From the NCBI GenBank assembly GCA_051294905.1, contig CM119371.1, forward strand, positions 33,420,001 through 33,484,000: a stretch of DNA of 64,000 bases, given 5' to 3'. The stretch comes from Botryllus schlosseri (taxonomy: Eukaryota). Position 1 is the first letter of the stretch. Each line of letters begins with the position of its first letter. Below, piece by piece: positions 1-9,761 of this stretch. The notes beneath the pieces are model-generated. The model was given only the letters and a program-made list of their open reading frames with translations. It was not told the DNA's origin and searched no databases. A program made the translations under genes and the position numbers.

Positions 1-2304
1 GGTCGCAGATTCTCATGAGCAAGTCATATTTTTGCGTGTCTCGCTTATTGGATATAGTATGCAACAACAGTGACCCTGGATATATGTAAAAACCATCGCC
101 GAATTTTTTGCAATAAATTCAAAAAATACTACATACATATCAACAGATAGTTCTGGCAACGTGTCGACCTATCATCATATACTCTTTGCGGCCAATACTT
201 TAATAACCCTTGAAGGGCTGAGAATTTGCAATGGAGTAACTTGCAAATGTGAGTCTGCAATGTTGGTACTAATCAATGAGCACTTACATTGCTGTGCAAG
301 TTATTCGTCTCAGGTACATTGACAGTAATATTTACAACAATTTCATGGGGTTGGCAGCAGTGGCGTAGCAGCAGGTGCTGTCGCCCATGGCTTTTCTTGA
401 AAATTCCGCCGCATAAGCACACCGCAGCAAATTTCGACATAGTTTCCTGTCCGAGCACTCTTTTCGATAAAAATAATTACAAATAATATGCCGCGTATCA
501 GAAGTTCGGAACACATATAGTATTCGCCTGGTTTCCCGGCACATGTGCAACACGTCCCATTTCATGTTTCCCCATGAAATAATCGATTTCTTTCATGTGA
601 AACACTAACATGAATCCCCCTTTTTTTAAATCAATTATTCTCTCGTATTAAGTGCACGCCTGCTTATTCAGCATATTTCTAGTGACGCGTTTTAGGTTTT
701 GTCCAACTGAATACCTCGTGCAGTCCAATCCCTGAAAGTTCAACACAACTATTTTGTGAACACAGAAGCGATCATCCCGCGATATTTTCAATCTCCCAAT
801 TGCACTAATTTCACCGGTATTGGTCTTGTACACAGCACGACATCGGGATATGGAGAATGTAGCAATTTCAGTCTTCAGGTCCGCCGTATTCATGCTGATA
901 ACAATCTTCCGGCCTAGCGTCTTTGTCGTATTTGACTTGCTAGGATGAACAAACTTTCTGTTCATCATTTTGATCCCCTCGTTCATGAGAACTTTTGCGT
1001 TCGATTCAGTCGCCATGTGACACAACATGCCGTCACCTCCGTACACCCAGTAGCGGGGAATCGATCCTTTCGTATGTCCGTGTGTCCCGGCCAAACCGTA
1101 GTTCGTGACTACAGCCCTATCGCAACTTATCATGACGTCTTTTATTTCGGTCATTTCAACAATTGATTTCAGTTTGCCTTGTACAATCGCATGTATGTTT
1201 TCCCATTGGTGGTATCCATTTGTCGAGTCTTGGCACTCTGCGTGCCGGTAATGGTACATCAATGTTCGTTGCACCCCTTCTTGTTGATATTCACTCAAAA
1301 TATGGGTTACTTCTTCCTTTTTCGGATTAGCAGCACGGGGATCGTCATCTCCTACTGCCATTCCTATCCAATAGGATCGGGACAATCCATCTGACGCGAA
1401 TACTTGCATCGTGCTGAGATGAATCACTTCCTTTATTTTAAACCTAACTCGTAAGAGAAGTAAGTTACCTTCGGCCGTCTTTGTGCTGAGAGAAATGTAG
1501 GCCTCCATAGCTATTGTATTTTTTCTATCAGCCTGGCCATGTTTTTTTATGTGCTGCTGGTACTTCTCCGTTATTGGTTTCACCGCGAATGACTCCATAT
1601 TTGCTGACCACATGGTTACAGATTCTTGTAAATACTTGGTATGGCTTTCCCCTTTCACATTAGAGGGGCCAGAGACAAATGGCTTAAGTGATGGGTCTTT
1701 TAGTTCGCTGTCGTACTTGTACTTCATAGATTGGGGCGCGCTAAGATGACATCGCAGATCTTCCAGCTCAGTCACAAAAGGTTTGTAGACCTCTGGCCAT
1801 ACGTTGTCGGCAATAATGATATTTTCTGGCGTAGCTGAATCAAGGGGCTTATATAGCCATTTTGCTAGCTCTACTGATTGTGCGCACAGGAGCTCAACTT
1901 CAGTTTTTACCTCAGGACTGGTTCCCTCTTGTAAGACGTACGTGATTACCGGACCGTTTACCTTTCTGTTTGGCTTATGCGGTAATCGGGGTTCTGGTGT
2001 TGGTGCGGAGAGGGCGAGGTTTTTTTTCGTCAGCGGGACTTCCCTACCTATTCGTGTTAACCTCTGATCTCGGCGCGTGCCCACGCCTAACGTCACGCCG
2101 CCGAAATTTTCATCTGACGGGGCCCCTTGTTCTGGAGAGACTTGCATCCTAAAATCCCCAGACTCCTCTTTAGTCACCTCTGGGCTATTATCCAGAAAGT
2201 GAGTAGTAGCTGCTTTGGAACTATTGTTGAGTGAAGTAGGCATGACGGCGGCTGTCGTGGGATCATTCCGCACTGATGCATTACCGTCGTCTGGACAAAC
2301 AGCT

Positions 2305-2706
2305 TTGCCTACATCCTCGGGGTCTGCTTGATTCGTTTGACCCCCATTCGCGTCAGCGGGACTTCCTCGCTCGGCACGAATTAGACTGGTGTCAGCAGGA
2401 CTTCCTTGCTCGGCACCTAAAGAGTCTCTTTGATTTCTTGTAACGCCAGCGGTGTTAACCGACCAAACGTTTGCGTCAGCGGCCCTTGCCAACTCGACGC
2501 TCATATTGCCTACATCATTGGAGCCACCTTGATTAGTGTGAACTCCATTTGCGTCAGCGGGACTTCCTCGCTCGGCGCGATTTTGGCAGGTGTCAGCAGG
2601 CCTTCCTTGCTCGGCACCCAAAGAGTCTCTCTTTTCTATTGTAACGTCAGCGGTGTTTACCGACCCAACGTTTGCGTCAGCAGCCCTTGCCACTTCGACG
2701 CCAGCG
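2305..2706 (-). repeat. In-frame 201-bp (67-aa) tandem duplication within the pro-X ORF
   Basis: ARAADANV.SVNTA.VT...RDSLGAEQG.PADT...RAERGSPADANG occurs twice, and the DNA motif gtcagcgggacttcctcgctcggc recurs at ~2352 and ~2553. Confidence 0.9.
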
Positions 2707-3300
2707 CCAGCGGCCCTTGCCGTCTCGACGCTCTGCTGTTCTGCAGCTTTCACCAACCCATCCTTGGTCACAGTTTTGCAAGGACTGTTTCCAATTCTGG
2801 TTCCGTCCTTTTTATCGCGTAAAGTCATACTATGTAGTGTTGCCAATGACAATTCTTCATTATCAGTAGACGGAGTTTTAAATTCAGTATCTATACTCGG
2901 TAATTGTTGTACTTTGTCAATCCATTTTAGCCCCACAATATTAAGAGGAACTCCCTTGCCAGTTGCAAATGGAACTTGCAGTCCGTCAAGAGGTACTATT
3001 ACTAGGGAGTCGACTCGGGACGAACCTCCTATTCCGCTCAATTTCATATCAAGTGGCTGTCATTCAGCCCAGCTTTTCGGATATTTATTTTTTACTACGC
3101 TCTTCATAATCAAATTGGGAATACTGCCAGTATCGGCTAGAAATTTAGTGTCTGTGTTTGTATCCACTAGGTATAGAAGTTGCCCACCGAATAATTCCGC
3201 GAAATCCGGTTGTAGGGGTTTGTCCGGTGAATCAAGGAATGTAAACAAAGGTAACGAGGCATTATGTACAGTTTTAACATGTTGGGGTAATATTGTGTCA

Positions 3301-3344
3301 GGGAGCTGATTCACCGGATCAATCAGCGCCCCCAACCGTTTTTT
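3301..3344 (-). promoter_or_regulatory. -1 programmed ribosomal frameshift signal (slippery heptamer A AAA AAC + downstream hairpin)
   Basis: Minus strand reads TCA AAA AAC GGT TGG GGG CGC TGA in the gag frame. A -1 shift enters the protease frame (R-L-G-A-L-I-D-P). A few nt downstream, GGGG-C-GCTGATT/GATCCGGTG/AATCAGC-TCCC can form a stem-loop. Confidence 0.85.
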
Positions 3345-6076
3345 GAGACGCGTAAACCTTGTTCTAATTCCTCATCTGTCCAGTAAGAGGCGGCGTATTG
3401 ACGCGGCTCTTGTCTATATGAAGGCGCAATCCAGTTTACCTGGCTGTTATTTAGAATTGGATTCGCGGGTGGTCCCCTGGGACCCCATTGGCCCCTATCG
3501 TGCCAGTGGGTTCTATCTCTGTTTTTAGGTATACTATCATAATAGGCCTCACATAGATTCGTTCTTTCTGCCAACGGGGGAGAGCCATGGGATATGAGAT
3601 ACCGATCAAGGTCTGAAATCGTCAATAATCCATTGCTAGTAAGGAACGGACGCCAGTTGCGTTCAGCGGATTCCTTAATACGCTGCGGCACCGGTCGTAC
3701 ACGTTTACGGATTATCCATCCCAATTCGCTATCTCTAGTGAGTACCACATTGTTTAGCCAAAGGATAAACTTGGCAACGCAATTCCGGGATTGATGCCCG
3801 GGGGCCTTACAGTAATAACATACCGAAAGGGCCTGGCCCTGGGAGGGATTCAAATATAAACCTAATGGGGCAAAGATATTAGCATTGCCAAGGAAATAGT
3901 ACCTCTCACCTTGGCTTTCCGCGATGTGGCGAGCCTCCTGACTGTTCGACGGAGTAATTTGCGTATTATCTGGTCCCACTCCAGAATCTTGTGTTCCTTC
4001 TGTTCGTGGGCTTCTTTGGCTTGAAGATCCTGGTTGTTGACCGGATTGTGCTGACCCTGAAATATGTACAGTCTGGATATCGGGTTCAGCAGAGGCGCCT
4101 TGTCTAGTAGTTTGCGCTCGTCTGCCTGGCCCGATACCACTCGATACGTTAGTAGGACGCCGGTTTAATCTTGCGTATCGAACAGGATTTCGGCGTAATT
4201 GTGTGACCTGTGCTGTATTCACAAGAGGCCGTGAAGGGACCACTCTGGGAGGTTGAGGTGGCGTTGCCTCGAATTCGGGCGGAGGATGGGAAAAAGATAA
4301 GGTGGGCTCCGGAAGTACTCCCAGTTGTCCATTACCGTTAGGGTGAGTGGGATAGCTATGTATCACAGGATCAGCGGGATGTACATTATAGATATGTACA
4401 GGCAGCAAGGGCGACTTGTTCGTCTGAGTTCTTCGGGTTCTCCGAGTCGTCGGGCTCGATTCCTGTTCATCTTGGAATTCCGAGTTCCAGAACAGTTGGA
4501 GTTCTTCCGCGACTTCCCGCCAGGTGTTTTCTTCCCACCCCCGTATAATCAACCTGAGTGCTTCCGGCAGCCGCTGTCTCAAATTGCGGAAAAGTCGCAG
4601 TCCGTCCGGGTTGTCCAAAATTAGGTCATCCATATCTATCTCCAGTTGTTTCAGAGCACTGTTAAGTAGAGGTAGGGGTTCGTCTTCCCAATGATACTTT
4701 CTTCGGAAGTTGTTGACAATTCTCTCATTATTCACAATTCCTTGTGGGTTGGAAAGTGACAGCGACCTCATAACCGATTCCCAGCTGGCGTTTCCCGAGT
4801 TTGTGTTGAAGAAGTTTCCAAGTTGATCAGCTTGTTTGTAACGCCCAGCATTCTCTAATTTCTTCTGCATTGCATTCATCAATATTATATCAGCGTCAGT
4901 ATTACCTTCACCGTGGTGAATTCGTCTCATCGTGTTCTCCATCCATTTAAGGAGAGGCATATCGCCCGGATCCAACATCAACTGTATCATTTCCTTTTCG
5001 GACTGAAATCTAGCAGGTATAGTTAGCGCTGGGTTTACCATTACCTCCATCGGTCGCGAGCGCGGCTGAATTGGGCGGTCATCATATTCCATTTGTTGTA
5101 CAAGTCTCTGCAGTCGGGATGTCGTCGCCCCTTCAGAATCAGAATCTTCTGGTTGAGCCTCCGAGTCTCCTTCGTCATACTCCTCCCCTTCTCCACGGAA
5201 AATGACGTGTTTAGCGTTGCTCGGCGATTTTCTTGCCCGACTACTTCGTGTCCCAACATCACCCAACTTGTCAATGTCCCGCCGCTGACCCTTCGCATCT
5301 CGAGGTCTCGACACCAGTTTCTGGAATGAGGAGAGATGTTCACTGTCCAATTCAGAGTCTGTTTCGCGTTCCATTCTCATCGGTCCTCCTGCCGCCACTC
5401 CCGTAGGTGTCCAATACGCCATGGGCGTGTTAGCACCACCTTTGGTCTTCATCGCAGGATGCATGCTCCCTTTTGTTCTAAAATTCGGAGCCATCAGTGA
5501 ACGGGCAACCGGGGTCGGACGAGGTGGATCATCAGTCTTCACGTCTGGGTGCGTATGGTAGACCGCCGTTACTGTATGACAATCTAACCCCTTTTTCACG
5601 GCCAAGGTGGGCATAGGCTGAGTCTTCCTGACCGTCTGGATGGCTGGTGGATCGTAGGCCGGTGGAGGTGCTGTGGGCATGACAGCCAGGGCGTGAGAAG
5701 GATGTGGTTTCTCTCCTACCGCTTGCGTATGGGCGTTACCCAACTTGAATTCTGTCTGCAAAATTTCGTTTAATACGTCTGTGGAAACCTTTCCAGTAAT
5801 TTTTGAAGTGGCGTCACAAACGGCCTTCAGGTCAGCTTGAGCCCGCCGGACGTCTTTTCTTGCTTTTTCCAGCTCCTTCACTGCCTCAGGCAGGGTCGTT
5901 TTGACCTCCTTTAGGACTCTTGTCTGGTCGGCCACATCTTTAGCAAGTTGCCTCTCTTGGTCTTGCACATCTTCGTGACGCTTTTGGGTATATTTAAGCA
6001 GTCGGATTCCCTGCTTTAGCTCCGCCGATGCCTCCGTTGGTTTCTTCTTTTTAAATAGTTTCAAGATTCTTCGCAT
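3323..6076 (-). CDS. gag: Gag-like polyprotein, 917 aa
   Basis: Intact ATG ORF. It has a basic N-terminus (MRRILKLFKKKK), a coiled-coil-like region at about aa 15-95, PTAPPPAY at aa 134-141, a helical capsid-like segment (...LRQRLPEALRLII...TWREVAEEL) and a CX2CX4HX4C knuckle CYYCKAPGHQSRNC (3779-3820). It ends at a frameshift site followed by a protease. Confidence 0.88.
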   Translation of the reverse strand: MRRILKLFKKKKPTEASAELKQGIRLLKYTQKRHEDVQDQERQLAKDVADQTRVLKEVKTTLPEAVKELEKARKDVRRAQADLKAVCDATSKITGKVSTDVLNEILQTEFKLGNAHTQAVGEKPHPSHALAVMPTAPPPAYDPPAIQTVRKTQPMPTLAVKKGLDCHTVTAVYHTHPDVKTDDPPRPTPVARSLMAPNFRTKGSMHPAMKTKGGANTPMAYWTPTGVAAGGPMRMERETDSELDSEHLSSFQKLVSRPRDAKGQRRDIDKLGDVGTRSSRARKSPSNAKHVIFRGEGEEYDEGDSEAQPEDSDSEGATTSRLQRLVQQMEYDDRPIQPRSRPMEVMVNPALTIPARFQSEKEMIQLMLDPGDMPLLKWMENTMRRIHHGEGNTDADIILMNAMQKKLENAGRYKQADQLGNFFNTNSGNASWESVMRSLSLSNPQGIVNNERIVNNFRRKYHWEDEPLPLLNSALKQLEIDMDDLILDNPDGLRLFRNLRQRLPEALRLIIRGWEENTWREVAEELQLFWNSEFQDEQESSPTTRRTRRTQTNKSPLLPVHIYNVHPADPVIHSYPTHPNGNGQLGVLPEPTLSFSHPPPEFEATPPQPPRVVPSRPLVNTAQVTQLRRNPVRYARLNRRPTNVSSGIGPGRRAQTTRQGASAEPDIQTVHISGSAQSGQQPGSSSQRSPRTEGTQDSGVGPDNTQITPSNSQEARHIAESQGERYYFLGNANIFAPLGLYLNPSQGQALSVCYYCKAPGHQSRNCVAKFILWLNNVVLTRDSELGWIIRKRVRPVPQRIKESAERNWRPFLTSNGLLTISDLDRYLISHGSPPLAERTNLCEAYYDSIPKNRDRTHWHDRGQWGPRGPPANPILNNSQVNWIAPSYRQEPRQYAASYWTDEELEQGLRVSKNGWGR

Positions 6077-6097
6077 GGCAATAATAATAGATTCAAT

Positions 6098-6544
6098 TTA
6101 TAGACCCGTAGTAGAGTTTTCGAGGTCCCGCTTTACGCTGGAGATAGTCGGGTCGTCCAAGGTAGGCCGTATTGTTGTTCCGAGTGATGAGTTGTGGTCG
6201 TTAGTCTCGAACTCCGGAAGTTTAGAAAGCGAGTCTTTAGTAATGATAAATTGGCGTCCTGCAGATATGTTTTGCGAGCCAATAAGAGTTGGGAACGGTG
6301 TTGTAACTCCGTTGTTAGGTCTTCCGTTTCCAATCGGAACTGTAGTTGGAGAAAACCCCGGTACTAAATGTAAATATATTGATGATAACGTGACTAACAA
6401 TGAAATTACAGACGCAATCAGGGCCACGACCAATACTGTTTTAACGATGGTCGTCTTTGAACACATTGATAGGTCCACGTGCTGCACTGGAAGTAATAAT
6501 CCCAGCTTGGTGCCTCCAGTACGTTTATAGTGCAGCTCCAGCAA
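6098..6544 (-). CDS. Small putative single-pass membrane accessory protein upstream of gag
   Basis: Hydrophobic stretch VLVVALIASVISLLVTLSSIYL followed by a Thr/Ser/Pro-rich tail with N-x-S/T sequons (NIS, NSS, NST). Its stop lies 21 nt before the gag ATG. The true start is uncertain (track start is TTG; internal ATG at MCSK). Confidence 0.5.
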   Translation of the reverse strand: MLELHYKRTGGTKLGLLLPVQHVDLSMCSKTTIVKTVLVVALIASVISLLVTLSSIYLHLVPGFSPTTVPIGNGRPNNGVTTPFPTLIGSQNISAGRQFIITKDSLSKLPEFETNDHNSSLGTTIRPTLDDPTISSVKRDLENSTTGL

Positions 6545-6901
6545 CGCTTGTTACTGCGAGAGTCCACACTTGGTTCGATTTTACTTCACAGTGCTGGTTT
6601 TCCTTATCTGTGTTGATGTTGTGACCTTGTAGCATCCACAAATGGTGATTGAAGCAGTGGTAAGGGTAGCAGCAGCTGGATCCAATCAGGCAATGACCTC
6701 CAGGTCCAGAACTCTAAACTACTCTGGTATAACTAGTAAATTAAACCTTAATACAACCAAATACTCCAATAACAACCATGCAAAGAGGAATGAGGTTTCT
6801 ATGAGTAAAACCAGATAAAATTGGTAAACATGCTTCAATTATATTACAAGTTTTATCTAAACCTATTCATCATAATGCACGAATAATAAACATTCTCAAT
6901 A

Positions 6902-7011
6902 CTCCAAGGTTTGTTTACGCATATAATTCATGCGACGGCCTGTCCTGCCGAAAAGCAGCTCCAAGGTTGGTTTACACATATAATTCATGTGACGGCCTAT
7001 CCTGCCGAAAA
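6902..7011. repeat. 57-bp tandem repeat, 2 copies
   Basis: ctccaaggtt.gtttac.catataattcatg.gacggcct.tcctgccgaaaa at 6902 and 6959. Confidence 0.85.
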
Positions 7012-7906
7012 ATTCATTCATGAAATATTGTGTCATTACACAACACTCAATTACAATAGTATTTTGATCAAAATCTACTATATCTCTGGGTTCGATGGTA
7101 CTGGTGTTTTAAGCTTTTTATTCATTCGTATGTACCGTGTCTCACAGACCATAGATCTGATTTACCACGAATCCTAAACTTCTTTCCCGCTAGGGTGAAG
7201 GGTCCCGACACTAACATAAGGCGTGGTCGGTTTATAACGCCTTACTGTACGAGACGGTACAACAGAGATTATTATAAACACTCATTGTAACAGGTTTGAC
7301 TTTGTAGAGAATCTGTGACGTTATTGTAGGGAGGGATATTTATTTTAGTAACTTGTGACATTAACCAACGTGTCAAGGACAAGTATTTTCCTAATTTAAT
7401 GTCGTTTACACATACACCCTAGTTATCCCTACAGGGCCCAGCTATTTACATATATGGTAGTTAGTCACAAGTCTCACTTAGTCAAACCCTGCTATCGTCA
7501 TGCACTATTATTAATAGTTTACATCAATACGGTTAACACAAAACAAACAAATATATATTAATCAGGTACCACTCGATTAAACGGCGACCCAAATATGTGT
7601 GTCAACAACAATACACATACCAGTAGGCTACATTACGCAATGATTCAATACGTAGTAATATGACCTCACCCTCAGTCAACAACAAATGCAATTATGCAGC
7701 GACAACTTACTATTCACATAATAAATGTCCATTAACTCTTAACTATGTTCAGGGCATGAAAATGTTAGCGCCATTTAAAGCAACCTGATAGTAATTATCA
7801 AGAACATAGTAATTATAGTATTTGAACATAATAAAGCGAACTAGCTTCACTACACAACTTTGTTTCCAGTCCACTAGACAGAAATACGTTTATCTTGCCT
7901 GCGCCG

Positions 7907-8735
7907 TCAAGCTCCATACACTTTGATCTTTTGCGATATTTTCCCATTGCAGAATATGCAGTGCTCAGCATCGGACGAACATTCTTGACACAGACCGGGA
8001 TCAGGGTAATTTCACTCCTATTATTCTTGCATTGTTTGCAAAGTATGGTTTCTTGTATAACCATCAGATTCTCAGCAATTTCTTCATCATATGCAATTTC
8101 CAATATTGATGGCGTCCCCATTCTGTTTCTAGCATAAACAGAGTTGCCCAGTCTACTCTTACTGTTGCGCAGTTTGTGTATTTGAATCGACTGGCACTAT
8201 ATCGAGTAGTATCAAAGGGTCTTGTACGACATCGTTCACAGTGAAATGAATATTTGATCGTCTGCTGGTGGCTCTTTTCTGTGTGACTTCTGCTAAATCT
8301 TATGCTGTCCAACTGCATCTTCTTGGCATCTTCCTCTGACAATCTGGTTCGAGCGACGCGTATTTGCGTTCCTATTTCGGCGGCCGGTGAAGGTTTTTGT
8401 GCTCGCTTTTTAGGCGTAGTCCATGTTTACACCGCAGCTGAAACACTTCACTCTATCTTTGTATCCTGACCAATAAAATCTCGTGGCCGCCATATCAGTT
8501 GGCAAAACTGAAGCTTCTTTTGATATGGACGAAATGTCACCAATCTATAAAATTCAGCTCGGCGATTGCAAGGTGGAATATAGCTGCCGTTTTTTTCGGG
8601 AGAATCGCGATATCGTGGAGTGGTGATTCCATCTTCTTGTATAACTCGTTGTCCTCTCGGTACATTAGTGCTTGACGGAACAGGCTTTCGACAAAATCGT
8701 GTGGAATGAATTGATATGTCCTGTCATCGATTCAT
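7907..8735 (-). pseudogene. Intronless inhibitor-of-apoptosis (IAP)-like gene, BIR + C-terminal RING, disrupted by frameshifts and deletions
   Basis: Manual translation across frameshifts. 8558-8415 gives AEFYRLVTFRPY/KEASVLPTDMAATRFYWSGYKDRVKCFSCGVNMDY, the N-terminal two-thirds of a BIR. 8070-7907 gives NLMVIQETILCKQCKNNRSEITLIP/LCQECSSDAEHCIFCNGKISQKIKVYGA*, an IAP-type terminal RING whose CGH is deleted at the frameshift. Confidence 0.85.
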
Positions 8736-9281
8736 ACGATAGCTTAACTACACGGGTGTGTAGAATATCTTGATATCGTATTTAATCTGTCTTATAATTT
8801 CGAAAATGAGAATGACACTTGTACTTCATGACGCAATTTATGCGTACGTCTATAGCAAAAAAATTAACTCATTAAATTAACTCATTAAAATAACATTGTC
8901 CCAACTCTTGTACAGATATCGATATAACAAACGGTTGACACACCCGCTTCGTAAAACGCATGTGTCGACATCAGGGCGGACCTATGACTAACGTGGTTCT
9001 TGATCATCGACACATCTGTTTCGGAAAACAAATGTGTGGATGGGGCCAATTTATTTGCCATTTTCAAGTTCATATTATGTGTTCTAGGGTGTTTTCTAAC
9101 CTAATTAACATACTATTTTATTCCGATTATATATACATCACTATTACTACACATATAGGCTATCATATATATCTATTTATTCAGGTTATATATTATTTCT
9201 TCATTAAACATAGTTTAATTAAACCAGATAGGGATGCCAAATCATTGAGTGTACCCTAAGACTTTATTAGTCAGCCCTATC

Positions 9282-9443
9282 AATTTAGTTTTCAAGGCTT
9301 CTCTGAAAAATCTAGCATTTTCAGTCCTTTGCCTATTAATTTAATCTTCCAGGCTTCTCTGGATAATCGAGCATTTCCAGTCCTGTGCCTATTAATTTAG
9401 TCTTCCAGGCTTCTCTGGATAATCTAGCATTTCCAGTCCTGTG
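9282..9443. repeat. 56-bp tandem repeat, ~3 copies, in the retroelement leader
   Basis: aattta.tcttccaggcttctctggataatctagcatttccagtcctgtgcctatt-like units start at 9282, 9338 and 9394. Confidence 0.9.
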
Positions 9444-9748
9444 TTGTCACCCGTGGCAAAATCAGACCATTGTTTCCAATGGCGGAGCCTTAAATTAGAC
9501 TCATCGGCCAATGTCACATAGATACTCTGATACTCCTGATAACGTATGTGTCATCATCAGGAATCTCAGTGATCTCAGCGATTTCAACCCTTGATCGAGA
9601 GACATATATTCTTGTGGTACCCAGACTGAGTGCTCGATCTCGGATTCCTTGCAGCTTAATCGTGGACACATGGTATCACTACTAATATTTCATAATTGGT
9701 GTAAATTAATCATAAATTTACACACGAAAAGTTTTCAGATCACATGGT

Positions 9749-9761
9749 TCACGTCGGGGTC
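9749..9761 (-). promoter_or_regulatory. tRNA-Trp primer-binding site (partial, lacking the initial TGGT)
   Basis: Minus strand GACCCCGACGTGA matches 13 nt of the classical tRNA-Trp PBS TGGTGACCCCGACGTGAT. It is directly preceded by ...TTCA (a possible LTR end) and lies upstream of gag on the same strand. Confidence 0.65.

Larger units (their letters stand above)
648..3344 (-). pseudogene. Retropepsin-type aspartic protease fused to a long uncharacterised region (pro-X ORF), interrupted by one in-frame TGA
   Basis: ORFs 3060-3335 and 648-3047 are in the same frame, separated only by TGA (3060-3062) and 4 codons. Joined they read FLADTGSIPNLI...KSWAE*QPLDMKLSGIGG...PLNIVG, giving the DTG active site (3126-3134), a GIGG flap and a C-terminal NIVG motif of retropepsins. 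The downstream ~750 aa show no YxDD or other RT motif. Confidence 0.8.

Noticed and set aside
1340..1415. QVFASDGLSRSYWIGMAVGDDD resembling an RNase H first motif or an RT DD motif
   Set aside because: The other catalytic motifs are not found at suitable spacing, so it is too weak to call.
2430..3309. Plus-strand ORFs of 130 and 239 aa, and the similar 151-aa ORF at 6075-6530
   Set aside because: They are antisense to the retroelement ORFs and have no independent motifs.
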